Source: a virus. Taken from it: DNA of 64,000 nt. This document shows positions 39,206 through 48,772 of this stretch, piece by piece. The stretch is taken from positions 1 to 64,000 of the IMG/VR virus record IMGVR_UViG_3300050821_005035. The stretch is one strand, 5' to 3'. A program made the position numbers and the translations under genes. Within the stretch, counting starts at the first letter, position 1; each line of letters begins with the position of its first letter. The notes under the pieces are model-generated. The model was not told where the DNA came from. It did not search any database and saw nothing but the letters and a program-made list of their open reading frames with translations.

Positions 39206-40348
39206 TCACTTGTGAAAGTACGTGCTTTGAAATCCGTCTGCCCCTAATAAAAGCCCCGGCGCCCAGCTGACTTCCTTGCTCATTATTTCAACCATGTCGT
39301 GATAAGTCGGGCTGAGCAGGTCGTCCTCGACCAAGGCAATAGCCTCGTCGTGGGCGTGGCCGGTAACGGGCATTTCGGCCTCTTCGATCTCCACCATCTT
39401 GACCGCGAACACATCTCTCGCTATGCCTTGTACGGCATTCTGAAAAGTGTGCCCGCCGTGCGTCGAGATGCTGTTGCACCACTGCTTAGTCTTCTGATTC
39501 ATGCCCGCATAGATTAGCGAGTCGCGGTAGACGTCGATCTCGTTGCCCTCGTCGTCCTGGGTCTTCCACGGCATCATCGTCAGTTCTAAGCGCGCGTCCA
39601 GGTAGTGTAGGTATCGCCCGCTGGGCAGGCGCATCCTCATCATAGACTCCCGTTCCTTGTTGCCTTGGGAGTCGATGAAGTTAACCTTGTCAATCACCAC
39701 GCATCCGTTCGGCCCCAGCTTCCGTACCGTCGCAGGGTGGTCCGGGTGCATCACGTCGGCAACAGCGTCCTCGAATTTCCTCCAGATGCCAACCTTCGGG
39801 TCGCAGATTTCTGGATAAGAGTCTCGGAAGATACGCACGACTTCCGCCGACTGTTCCTGTGTCATCTCTATTCCCATTCCGTCAGCGTATCCAAAAAGGC
39901 CTGTCTTGACGCGGTCTCGAACCTCTTCACAGTGGCAGTACTTCTTGCCGACCTTCTTGATCTTTCCATTCTGCTGGGTGTAAGTGTCGTCCGCGTCGCA
40001 CAAATCGCCGTGGTCCTTATACGCGTTCGGACTCTTGCCCCAGCCGCCGCCTGACTGTCGGTAAACTGCGGCCAGGACTCCAGGCTTAGCGATCTGGCGC
40101 ATTCTCTTAGCAGCCAACTTACGTTCCTTGCCGTTCTTCCCTGTGTAGTCAGCCCAAAGCTGCTCGTAAGTCATTCCGTACATCTTTGCTGCGAACGCGA
40201 CATATGGGTCGCGACCGTTGCGCCAATGTACTCCAAACTGGTCTGTGTAAGGCTGGAAGACGTTCATTAGGTCAGTGCAGCCTGATAGCCACGCGGACAC
40301 GCGTGTTTCCACACCGTTAAGGTCGCACACGTTGAAGCGGGTTGTCAT
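39206..40348 (-). CDS. DNA polymerase family A, C-terminal (palm/fingers) part
   Basis: Motif A CDLNGVETRV; motif B RQIAKPGVLAAVY; QNAVQGIARD; motif C HAHDE. Confidence 0.9.
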   Translation of the reverse strand: MTTRFNVCDLNGVETRVSAWLSGCTDLMNVFQPYTDQFGVHWRNGRDPYVAFAAKMYGMTYEQLWADYTGKNGKERKLAAKRMRQIAKPGVLAAVYRQSGGGWGKSPNAYKDHGDLCDADDTYTQQNGKIKKVGKKYCHCEEVRDRVKTGLFGYADGMGIEMTQEQSAEVVRIFRDSYPEICDPKVGIWRKFEDAVADVMHPDHPATVRKLGPNGCVVIDKVNFIDSQGNKERESMMRMRLPSGRYLHYLDARLELTMMPWKTQDDEGNEIDVYRDSLIYAGMNQKTKQWCNSISTHGGHTFQNAVQGIARDVFAVKMVEIEEAEMPVTGHAHDEAIALVEDDLLSPTYHDMVEIMSKEVSWAPGLLLGADGFQSTYFHK

Positions 40349-41553
40349 GACGCGACAAAGACCGTACGAATTAGTGATTTTACAACTAAGAGAACGCTCA
40401 GATATTTCTCCTTGAGTCCTTCATAATTTTCCGCGTACACCATCGCGCGTGCGTCTTGAACGACCGCTTGATCTTCGAAGTCGTATCCGGGAAAAGTATC
40501 CGTCTTCCCTACCACGCCGGGGCGGGCCATGTTCTGGAGTTGCACAGCGTTCCCCGACCAGCGACCGCAGCGGGGAGAACCCATGAAGATAAATTGCCCG
40601 CGTAGCATTCCGTCCGGCGAGACCGATTCCAATATCTTGCCCAGCTTCTGATAACTCGTGCTGGCCGCTTCCGCGCGCATCTTCAATGCCGTTCTGCACG
40701 CGTCGGTCAGCTTGATGTCTGGGTCCTTCAAGACCGATGTAACAGTGTCCTTGCGCAACGTGCTATAAGGATAGCCTTGTGTCTTCGCCCACTTCTTAAC
40801 CTGGTCCGGAGAGTTGGCGTTTAGTACGCCGGTCATCTTCTCGAAGTTCAGCTTTGCCTCTTCCTTCGCTCGCACGGCCAGCTTGTACATCTTGCGAACG
40901 AATTCAACGTCGACGGGCATCCCGCGATCATTGATCTTTTGGTCCAGTATCCACAGCTTCTGTTCAAACTCGGGCAACGGCAGGGCCTTCAAAATTCGCA
41001 TCCGACGGAGTAGCTCTCCCTCCGCGATAACGTCCTGCTTTCCATAAGCAAGAAACTGCTCCCACTCTTTCGGGTGCGAATTCCAGTCGTTGTAGTATTC
41101 TTTCGCCGGGTTCTTCTTAGTCGCCTTCACGATGACCTTGTCGCAGAAGAGCTTAATCAGCGCATCTCCGCGCTCGTCCTTAGATAGATGCTGTGGGACT
41201 CCCAAGACTTCGCACTGCACTTCCAAGCTGGCAGGCAGCGATAGATAACGACCGCCGACCTGGGGGTCGATGAAGCGGCTGGCGGGGATATCGTATCCCA
41301 GCTTGCACATCATATATCGTTCAAAGCAAGAATTAAAGGCCACAAGAAATACTTGTGGGTCTGCTAGCGAGTACATCAAATCGTTCGGGATAGGCTGCTT
41401 TTCCCAAATACGCCAGCACTGATATTCCCCATTGCCGATACGGTACCATAGGAAGAGAGCCTCGGTGTCTTTGGAAAAGATGTAATTGTGGAGGCCACGA
41501 TCAGACGGGCTGAACGTGCTTCGGCTTTCAAAGTCGATGTGGCACTCAATCAT
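40345..41553 (-). CDS. DNA polymerase family A, N-terminal (3'-5' exonuclease/thumb) part, SPO2/APSE-like
   Basis: IDFESRS; AFNSCFER; YGKQDVIAE; INDRG; GRWSG..VQLQNM. Confidence 0.9.
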   Translation of the reverse strand: MIECHIDFESRSTFSPSDRGLHNYIFSKDTEALFLWYRIGNGEYQCWRIWEKQPIPNDLMYSLADPQVFLVAFNSCFERYMMCKLGYDIPASRFIDPQVGGRYLSLPASLEVQCEVLGVPQHLSKDERGDALIKLFCDKVIVKATKKNPAKEYYNDWNSHPKEWEQFLAYGKQDVIAEGELLRRMRILKALPLPEFEQKLWILDQKINDRGMPVDVEFVRKMYKLAVRAKEEAKLNFEKMTGVLNANSPDQVKKWAKTQGYPYSTLRKDTVTSVLKDPDIKLTDACRTALKMRAEAASTSYQKLGKILESVSPDGMLRGQFIFMGSPRCGRWSGNAVQLQNMARPGVVGKTDTFPGYDFEDQAVVQDARAMVYAENYEGLKEKYLSVLLVVKSLIRTVFVAS

Positions 41554-43591
41554 TGTCGCCGCCGAAAGCCATGTCTCTGGTCAAGCTTAGCATCTTCGGG
41601 TCGCCCTTGCATCCCTTGCCAGATTCTAATACGAACCCCTCTTGCACCAGCGCCCAAAAAGATTTGCGCCAGATTGACAGGCCGTACTTGTTCGCGTTCA
41701 ACGCGCGCTCCACGTCCCGCTTCTCCATCGTCCCGCCGTTCTTTTTCAATAGCCGGACGACGCCTTGTTGAATCGCGGACTCGTCGTTCTTGGCCTCGAA
41801 GGTCATGAGGTAGTCCTTCACGGACTCCTCGTACTTGACCATCTCGATGCCGCGCGCTACGCAGTCCTCGTCAATTTCATCGAGCGATAGGTCAATCGAA
41901 AAATACAGTGCCCATTTTTCTGCGCGGGCTGCGGTGCGGTTGCCGTAGACTTCCAGGATTCGCTGCAGCGGAGTCTTATCGAAGAACTGGTACGTTCCCT
42001 TGGTAACAGCTGCGTCGATCACCTTGCGGGTCGCCAGCGCGGCCTCTTGGTAGTTTACCGCGTGCTCCAACTTCAAGTCTGGCAGTGTCTTCGGTTCCAA
42101 CACCCAGGTGAACCGGTCGTTTAATCCGGTGTCTTCCCCAGCGAGTTGAGACCACAGTTCAGCGAACTTCCGGTCGGTGGTCGCGGTGATAAGGGACGCG
42201 CAGTACGTGTTCGGGTCGATATTGAACGTGTCCTTCTTGCTCTTGATCGAGTTTGCGAAGTTGTTCGAGTCGTACAGCTTTAAAAGCGCGCTGCTCATCC
42301 CGCTGCCCTCGATGCGCGCCTTGCCGACCAGCGATGAGAGTTCGTCGTAGAACAGCACAGGGTTCTTGCAGTTGGTGCGCATCATGTCGGTGCCGAGTCC
42401 CTCCGGAGAGCCTGCTTCCCACACGAGAGACTTGCCGTCGGCGTTCTTAATATTCTTGGAGTACATCGAGAGCACGCTGGCGTATTCGAGGAACTTCATC
42501 CCGTCTTTAATCGAGGACGATTTATTCGCGCGGCCCTTCTTGCCGATCAGAACCATGTAGAAGCTGGGCTTCCAAGACGCGTAAGGAACCGAGACCTTGG
42601 TGCCGAGGTAGTTCATCATCATCACGGCTGTAGGCATCCATAAAAAGTAATCTATGCGTGAATTTACCGCGCAGTATGGTTTAACGAAACCCTCATATAT
42701 GCTGGTCCCAAAAAGAACGTGACGGGGGAATACTGGATATTCAATCGGGTCGAAGTTAAGCGGTTCCGCTTGTTCCGCGAGCGGTTGCGCGGTAGGGACT
42801 TGATCTAGTACAAGGCTTGTGTCTTTGCCTTCCGGGAAGTTGCATATTGAGCGGGACATCTGGATAACTTTCGAGTCGTCGATAGGCTCTTCGCACTGCT
42901 CGTGGACGATTCGAAGCAACGCGATCTTGATCTCTTCTTGCGTGAGGCCTGCGTTGCGCAGACGTCCGGCTTGAGATAACATGAAGCCGTGAATTCCGCC
43001 GTGGGCAACTTTTCCGCGCTCGTTTCGCGGAGCGTCTACGACCGCAGCGGAGGCGCTCTGTTTCTGAATCTTCTGTGATATCAGCCACTGGACCAGCCAG
43101 TCCGGCGCTTCTGCAATAGGCACGTTCCAGTTCAATGCCTCGTACGGCTTTCCGGTGTCTGGATGAATGCTGCCGGGACCGACAACATATTCTCGGTTGG
43201 TTCTAACGGACCAGTCCTGGCCTACGACATACGTCTGGCTAATATTTCCCATCGCGATAGACGCGGGCGTGTGGCGAAAATAAAAGTGTCCGCGTCCTGG
43301 TCGAGAGCGCACCATAAAAGTTGCAGGCATAGTCTGCCCTGTTTCTTTTTGTAAGCGGGGAAGGACGCTGGTGGAATCTGTCTCGAAGAACCAGACGCCG
43401 CCCTCTTCTGCGCGGGCGACACAAGCGACGTTGCAATCCGGGTGTTGCACTGACCAAACGCCAATTTGATCTAGGTCTGTTGTTGCGGTGGTGGGAAAGT
43501 CTGGTAGGAAGGCGCGCTTTGTTCCGGGGCGCACGGGTGTAACGGGTACACCCATCTTTGCAAGCGGTTCGGATATATCTCTAAATCCCAT
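41546..43591 (-). CDS. Bifunctional primase-polymerase fused to DUF3987-like NTPase/helicase
   Basis: PVRPGTKR; GRGHFYF; YVVGPGSIH; PriCT-like helix; GKKGRANKSS; YDEL; GLNDRF. Confidence 0.8.
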   Translation of the reverse strand: MGFRDISEPLAKMGVPVTPVRPGTKRAFLPDFPTTATTDLDQIGVWSVQHPDCNVACVARAEEGGVWFFETDSTSVLPRLQKETGQTMPATFMVRSRPGRGHFYFRHTPASIAMGNISQTYVVGQDWSVRTNREYVVGPGSIHPDTGKPYEALNWNVPIAEAPDWLVQWLISQKIQKQSASAAVVDAPRNERGKVAHGGIHGFMLSQAGRLRNAGLTQEEIKIALLRIVHEQCEEPIDDSKVIQMSRSICNFPEGKDTSLVLDQVPTAQPLAEQAEPLNFDPIEYPVFPRHVLFGTSIYEGFVKPYCAVNSRIDYFLWMPTAVMMMNYLGTKVSVPYASWKPSFYMVLIGKKGRANKSSSIKDGMKFLEYASVLSMYSKNIKNADGKSLVWEAGSPEGLGTDMMRTNCKNPVLFYDELSSLVGKARIEGSGMSSALLKLYDSNNFANSIKSKKDTFNIDPNTYCASLITATTDRKFAELWSQLAGEDTGLNDRFTWVLEPKTLPDLKLEHAVNYQEAALATRKVIDAAVTKGTYQFFDKTPLQRILEVYGNRTAARAEKWALYFSIDLSLDEIDEDCVARGIEMVKYEESVKDYLMTFEAKNDESAIQQGVVRLLKKNGGTMEKRDVERALNANKYGLSIWRKSFWALVQEGFVLESGKGCKGDPKMLSLTRDMAFGGDND

Positions 43592-43608
43592 GTGCCCTCG
43601 ATTCGAAT

Positions 43609-43639
43609 ATTATACCACGCGCTCTGGCGTGGGCGTCAA
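43609..43639 (-). promoter_or_regulatory. Sigma70-type promoter (long spacer)
   Basis: TTGACG-19 bp-TATAAT with TGn. Confidence 0.6.
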
Positions 43640-43681
43640 GTCTTCTTTTTACCGGAGGACTTTCTCCGTTCGAGGGAAACT

Positions 43682-44341
43682 CTAGAACGCTTCTGGTGGA
43701 GGCGGTGCGGTCGCAAACGACACGTTATTCGGTGCCGGTGCCTGCGAGTACTGCGGTTGTTGTACAGGCTGTTGCTGGAATTGCTGTTGGATATGTGGCT
43801 GTGCAGGAGGAACTGCGTACGTCTGCACAGGACGGCCTTGGGGTCCGGCTTGGGTCTTCGGCTTATCCTTGCTGCGGACGAAGCCCTGGGGCGCCTGAGG
43901 TGCTACGAAACCCGCCTGCATCGGGAGGATGCCGACGACGTTGACGTAGAACTCGTTAGCCTTGTTCGGGTTCGCTTCTTTCGTGACCATCAGGATATTG
44001 GAGCGACCCATCAAAATTTGCTCCAGCTGGGTGGTCGAGGTGAGCAGAGGAGGCTGCTGTCCGTTCAACACGCCGACGATCACCTTGTAAAGGCTGCGGA
44101 ACAGCGGCTGTGTTGACTTCTCGTTCATCGCTGCGGTAACGTAGACGATGACTTCATGCGGCAGGCCTTCGGGGTTCAGATACGGCGCGCCGTTCATCTG
44201 GCTGATGACCCACTTGATTAGAACTTTGTTCTTGAGTCCGTACGCGGTCGCGACCTGGGGTTTGTCCACCACGTCAACAATCGTGCCGAGATACGTTCCT
44301 GCTTCCGGTGAGAAAAATACTTTGCCTTGGCTAATATCCAT
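43682..44341 (-). CDS. Putative single-stranded DNA-binding protein
   Basis: PEAGTY...YVNV OB-fold-like N-terminus; Gln/Pro tail ending EAF; replication context. Confidence 0.55.
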   Translation of the reverse strand: MDISQGKVFFSPEAGTYLGTIVDVVDKPQVATAYGLKNKVLIKWVISQMNGAPYLNPEGLPHEVIVYVTAAMNEKSTQPLFRSLYKVIVGVLNGQQPPLLTSTTQLEQILMGRSNILMVTKEANPNKANEFYVNVVGILPMQAGFVAPQAPQGFVRSKDKPKTQAGPQGRPVQTYAVPPAQPHIQQQFQQQPVQQPQYSQAPAPNNVSFATAPPPPEAF

Positions 44342-44356
44342 GTTTCTCCTTTGATT

Positions 44357-45082
44357 TTAGTCCTTGCTATCTTCCAAATCCTCCGGTAGGAGGTCTAGAA
44401 CTTGTAACGCAAACTCGTTGTTGACTGCCTTTGCTAGCGCGTCAATGTCGCACTCCTTCACGGCCTTCCACCAGATACTCTGCTCGGGATTCCAGCGAAA
44501 CTTATGCTTCTTAGCCTTGTTGTTCTCGTTCCGTCGCTGCATAGATTGAACCACGACGATAGGACTTTGCGCCCTTTCAAAAACTGTTTGGAAGTCAAAC
44601 TTCGCCACCAGCCGAAGCATCGCGCCAACGTCCGCGCCTGCCTCGTGCGGGTCGTAGTAAATTCCCATCTTGGCACACATCGTGATTAACTCTTGTCCTC
44701 GCATCGGCAGGTCGGTGAACGGGTCGATCAGAAGTTTGTTCGGAAATTCTTTCTTAACCCTCTTGGCCCAAGCCTGGCACATCGGAACGTCGAACCGTCT
44801 GCCGTTGAAGGCTACTAGAGCCTCGCCCTTGTCCATGAAGTATAGCATCTCGTCGAACGCGTCCGCTGGCTCGTATCCAAAGCTGTCGAGCATCCCGGGA
44901 GTGATACCTGTGATCTGCGTAATTTCTTCAGTCACGGGGACACCGTCGGACTTGATAAGTAAGGCACGGGTATCGAGGCTACGGTTATATTTCGTAGTCC
45001 ACACGGCGGCGCCAACTTCTATTGGGCGATCTTCCACCTTGTCGAGTCCGGTGCTTTCGATGTCAAATCCGACCAGTATCAT
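44357..45082 (-). CDS. DEDDh 3'-5' exonuclease (DnaQ-like)
   Basis: FDIESTGL; AFNGRRFD; HEAGAD. Confidence 0.9.
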   Translation of the reverse strand: MILVGFDIESTGLDKVEDRPIEVGAAVWTTKYNRSLDTRALLIKSDGVPVTEEITQITGITPGMLDSFGYEPADAFDEMLYFMDKGEALVAFNGRRFDVPMCQAWAKRVKKEFPNKLLIDPFTDLPMRGQELITMCAKMGIYYDPHEAGADVGAMLRLVAKFDFQTVFERAQSPIVVVQSMQRRNENNKAKKHKFRWNPEQSIWWKAVKECDIDALAKAVNNEFALQVLDLLPEDLEDSKD

Positions 45083-45130
45083 AATTTGTTTCCTTTAACG
45101 TTCACCAGTTCCCTAGATGGGGTCACAATA

Positions 45131-45481
45131 TTAGTGCTTCACAGGCTCCGTTCCGTTTTCCAAACGCTCCACTCCGTCGTTGTCCGGCATCGTCATCTCT
45201 CCGGTCATAGGAAGGACGTCGACATCCATTCTGGTAATCCACTTCATCGGCACTACCATCCGGTCGGCTGGCATCTTGTTCATGTCGATAATTGCGCCCT
45301 GGTCTTTCTGACATATCATCGCCTGCATTCTTAAGAACGCGCCCGTCTGGGCCTCGATGGCATCGTTGTACAAAGTTCGGTCGTAGCCTTTCATAAGCAG
45401 ATAGGCATAGATTACGGAAGGCAGTCCGTTCGACTGCCCTTCCCAGGATACGTATCCGTTGAATCTGATTACGTGGTCCAT
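45131..45481 (-). CDS. Hypothetical protein
   Basis: Abutting ORF in operon. Confidence 0.6.
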   Translation of the reverse strand: MDHVIRFNGYVSWEGQSNGLPSVIYAYLLMKGYDRTLYNDAIEAQTGAFLRMQAMICQKDQGAIIDMNKMPADRMVVPMKWITRMDVDVLPMTGEMTMPDNDGVERLENGTEPVKH

Positions 45482-45832
45482 TTAGCTCAGCTGAACTTTG
45501 GCGGGCTGTCCGGTTTTGATAGCCTCGTTGGTCTGGCGTGCGTTCGCGGCGGCTTGTGCGGCTGCTGCGATTGCTGCCGGGTTGCCCACAGCGATCTTCG
45601 GCTGTTCCAGAATGTTGTGGACTCCTGTGCCGATGGCCTTAACTTCGCAGACGTCTGAGCAGTAAACAAGGTTGCGTCCGTCAGCGGTTTGTGTTACGCG
45701 TGTCGCGCGCAGCCAGACGTTCTCCGCTAGCTCGAACGTTTCCTTCTCGGTCTTGCGGTCGTAGATGATCTGTTTTGCGCAGCCGGGGCCGTCGCAAGAG
45801 ATTGCTCTGATTTGTGTGTCGGTGATTCCCAT
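45482..45832 (-). CDS. Hypothetical Zn-binding protein
   Basis: AGGAG RBS; CDGPGC...YCSDVC. Confidence 0.65.
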   Translation of the reverse strand: MGITDTQIRAISCDGPGCAKQIIYDRKTEKETFELAENVWLRATRVTQTADGRNLVYCSDVCEVKAIGTGVHNILEQPKIAVGNPAAIAAAAQAAANARQTNEAIKTGQPAKVQLS

Positions 45833-45852
45833 GTTATTCTCCTAAACTATTT

Positions 45853-46404
45853 TTAAAGTTGTGGCCCGCCGTAGTGAAGGATGTCGTAGAACCGGTCCAG
45901 GAATAACGCCTTGTTCACCCGGAACGATGTCTCCACGATCTTTACATCGGCTGCTACCTTGTCCTTGCTCCACGAATTCTTCCACTCGGTCGTCGGCATG
46001 ATCTGCGCCTTCTCGGCGTAGAGCATCTGATTGTCGATCTCGTGGATTATCTCTGGGTCCTTCTCGTCCAACCCAAACCTGTTGTAAATCATCCCTTGAA
46101 GAGGCCCCTCGATCTTGCGGTATTCGGCGCCTGCGGGCGTGAAATGTTTCAAAGGCCTGTTTACATCGCCTATGTACGTTTCGCTGGCGTCGTGCAAAAG
46201 AAACCGCATCGCGTACCACCTCGGCACAAGATAGCTTCCGAGTCGGCTGTGCTGCGATACCGGGTAAGGAAAGCGGCAGTGTCCGGTGAAACGGTTGCAC
46301 TGGCTCAACGAGTGCGCGATATCCTCGATGCACACCATGTCCGGTGTCGGCTCCAAGATATCGAAGGACAACCCAGTCGATGTAACAATCGTTGCTTGGC
46401 TCAC
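45853..46404 (-). CDS. HD-domain 5'-deoxynucleotidase (YfdR/YfbR-like)
   Basis: IEDIAHSLS..NRFTGH; VSQHS; LLHDASETYIGD. Confidence 0.9.
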   Translation of the reverse strand: MSQATIVTSTGLSFDILEPTPDMVCIEDIAHSLSQCNRFTGHCRFPYPVSQHSRLGSYLVPRWYAMRFLLHDASETYIGDVNRPLKHFTPAGAEYRKIEGPLQGMIYNRFGLDEKDPEIIHEIDNQMLYAEKAQIMPTTEWKNSWSKDKVAADVKIVETSFRVNKALFLDRFYDILHYGGPQL

Positions 46405-46934
46405 TTCGTCTCCAATCTTCCCGCGTACTCCAAACTTACTAGGTCCCAGTACAGAGACAGGGTGTTAATCTTCAGCTGCTCCAGCGTGCCGTTGTTGTCG
46501 ATCACGTAGTTCGCCATCTCTTTCGTCACAGAGCACGATGTCGGCGGCTCCGGGGCCGCGTGCTTGCTGCGGTCGACCCAGATGCTGTAATCGTACAGTC
46601 CCTCTTTGCGTACCGCGTTTAGTTCGGCCTCGCTTCTCATGCCGACGTAGATGTCATTGTCAGCGTAAATTTCCCTAGCGAGTCGCGCGCAGTCCGGCGT
46701 GTTGAAGGCCTTGATCTGCGCGTACCAGTCTTGGCGGTGGTTGACCCGGTCGGCGTAGCACTCGTCCAGGCTGGCGTACGTGATTCCCTTGGATGCGAGG
46801 AACGGTACCATAACCCTCTCGGCGGCGGCGAAGGATGAAGACGCAAACTTAAGCTTCAGACTGTCACGTAATATTTCTGCGACCGTATCTTTGCCGTGGC
46901 GAGCGTGGCCTAAAATCATTAGCTTCAATTTCAT
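46401..46934 (-). CDS. Deoxynucleoside monophosphate kinase
   Basis: GHARHGKDT P-loop; GMR...E; IDNNGT. Confidence 0.8.
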   Translation of the reverse strand: MKLKLMILGHARHGKDTVAEILRDSLKLKFASSSFAAAERVMVPFLASKGITYASLDECYADRVNHRQDWYAQIKAFNTPDCARLAREIYADNDIYVGMRSEAELNAVRKEGLYDYSIWVDRSKHAAPEPPTSCSVTKEMANYVIDNNGTLEQLKINTLSLYWDLVSLEYAGRLETK

Positions 46935-47386
46935 TTAGTCTCCCGATTCCAGTTCACGCCGACGCTTAAGTCTAGCTGAGTAGAACAAGTCTAGCATATG
47001 CGTACCGACTTCGATAGCCTTATTTTCTTTCATCTGGTGCTGCTTCGCCAGGTGCCCGATCAGAGAGAGCGCGAATCCGGTGCGAAGAAACTGGTGACAG
47101 TCCTTGCACTCGATGACGCCGTACCCAGGCAGGTCGATATGCGCGGGCTGGGCCTTGGGTCCAAACATCCAACGGTGAACCATTGATAGCATTTTTCTAC
47201 GCGCCTCTCTTGATTGCTTCTCTGATATCGTTCGGCTCCGAGCAAATCGAGCACGGTACGACCTTGCGCTCCGGGTTCAGGTCGACTACCATCCAGAAGC
47301 CAGCGCACCGTTGACAGCCCAGCTTGCCGTTGAAGTAAATCACGTTCTTGGGTTTCATGTCTCGTTTCGGTCTGCGTTCTTCGCTC
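46935..47386 (-). other. Two small Zn-finger ORFs (46935-47192 C2H2-like; 47197-47386 CxxC-CxxC)
   Basis: CKDC...H...H; CQRC...CSIC. Confidence 0.6.
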
Positions 47387-47996
47387 ATTTCTGTAACCTG
47401 CCCTTTGCCCATGTTTTAGCTGCATGAAGATGACTTGCGTTCTCGCCGTTCTCTTTCAACTGCTTGTATCCCACATCTACCATTTCTACTGCCAACATTC
47501 TTAGCTGCTCAAAATCATCAACAGGCTCGCTCCTGTTCTTCCGTTTCTCTGTATGTGGCTGAGATTTTAGAAGACCAGATGAACTAATTTCGCCTCCCGC
47601 TTTGGTGACGTCTTCGACGTATTTTGCTGCTGTATCCTCTGGTACCCGTGACAGCTTTTGCCAATACTGGGCTGTCCTTTCAGACGTATCGGTCTCTTTA
47701 AGGGCTTTAGAATAAGCACTTTCTACAGGCGCAGCCGTTGCGGGAGTAGATTTTTTCTTGGTAGGCTCTCCGCCCTTTGACTTTTCTAGCTGACCAAGTA
47801 GTTCTCCTGCCCGCCGAGCGGCTAAGAGAGCTATCTCGGCTGCGTAATTCTGAGACTCTCGACCTAGATGAGCAGCCTTAGCATAAACTTTTGCCGCTTC
47901 TGCTACGTCCTTGATCTTGAGGACCTCAGACAAAGTTCTAGATTCTGATAAGGCTAGACGCGCTCTATCAAGTTTTGCTAGTGCGAATTCGCTCAT
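47385..47996 (-). CDS. Helical protein resembling N-terminal domains of phage DNA-methylase-associated proteins
   Basis: AEIALLAARRAGELL; SERTAQYWQKL; ATGA overlap with Mom gene. Confidence 0.5.
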   Translation of the reverse strand: MSEFALAKLDRARLALSESRTLSEVLKIKDVAEAAKVYAKAAHLGRESQNYAAEIALLAARRAGELLGQLEKSKGGEPTKKKSTPATAAPVESAYSKALKETDTSERTAQYWQKLSRVPEDTAAKYVEDVTKAGGEISSSGLLKSQPHTEKRKNRSEPVDDFEQLRMLAVEMVDVGYKQLKENGENASHLHAAKTWAKGRLQK

Positions 47997-48772
47997 GCTG
48001 CCTTCTTGGGGTAAGACCGAATGCCCCAATGTAGGATAGATTTGTCCTGGCTATCTGCAAACCAAACGTACCTGTGTTTTATGCTGCGAGAAACTCGAAA
48101 TACCCTATGCTCTTTTCCAGAGCTATCTGTTAAAACGTCCTTCGAAGCCCACTCGCGTTTGTTTGTTTTCTTAGAAGGCTCCCCGCACTTGGGACAGTTT
48201 CTAAGCAGCGGGATATTCCCGTCTTCTACATAAGGTGAAACAAATCCGCCGTGCTCCCCACACTTGTAAATAAATCCGCCTCGTAGATACTGAGGAACGC
48301 TTCTGTAGTCGACAAAACCCTCGACGGCGATATCTATGAACGGCGTAGATGACCCTGTATAAATCCAATTTGTAGCTTGATAAACATATCCGACATGTCC
48401 CTGCTTACCGTCTGCATAACTGACCAGAATTGCAGAGGGATTCTTCTTTCGGAGTTCCTTCAAACACCAGGCTATGAATCTGCTCTCGCTGTTTCTTGGC
48501 AGGCTGTCATCGAGCCATAGCCTGTTTAATTCATAAACATCGTGTGTCCTAGCCGCTGGATTCTTCATCTGGAGTTTATTTTCTCCAACCAGTCCGCACG
48601 AGGTAGACCATGACGCGGGCTTTCCTATCGTTAAAACACCCTTTGTTTCTTCGCCAATCTTTATACCCCACGCATACGAGATTGGGCATTTTCTGTGAAG
48701 ATAGTGTTTCTCTATCACTAACTCGACTGCTTCTCTCTTCTCTATTTGAACAAAATTAGGATTGGATGTCAA
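47993..48772 (-). CDS. Mom-family (GNAT-fold) DNA adenine modification enzyme with Zn-ribbon insertion
   Basis: KHYLH; ELNRLW; NSESRFI; LVSYAD..GHVGYVYQATNWIYTG; KHRY. Confidence 0.8.
   Translation of the reverse strand: MTSNPNFVQIEKREAVELVIEKHYLHRKCPISYAWGIKIGEETKGVLTIGKPASWSTSCGLVGENKLQMKNPAARTHDVYELNRLWLDDSLPRNSESRFIAWCLKELRKKNPSAILVSYADGKQGHVGYVYQATNWIYTGSSTPFIDIAVEGFVDYRSVPQYLRGGFIYKCGEHGGFVSPYVEDGNIPLLRNCPKCGEPSKKTNKREWASKDVLTDSSGKEHRVFRVSRSIKHRYVWFADSQDKSILHWGIRSYPKKAA

Noticed and set aside
40320-40370. Intron or intein in the polymerase
   Set aside because: The two halves overlap by 4 nt, leaving no intervening sequence
45853-46934. 2-aminoadenine (Z) genome system suggested by HD hydrolase, MazG and PolA
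   Set aside because: No PurZ/adenylosuccinate synthetase-like ORF in the window; HD and MazG are common in phages and 30 kb apart here
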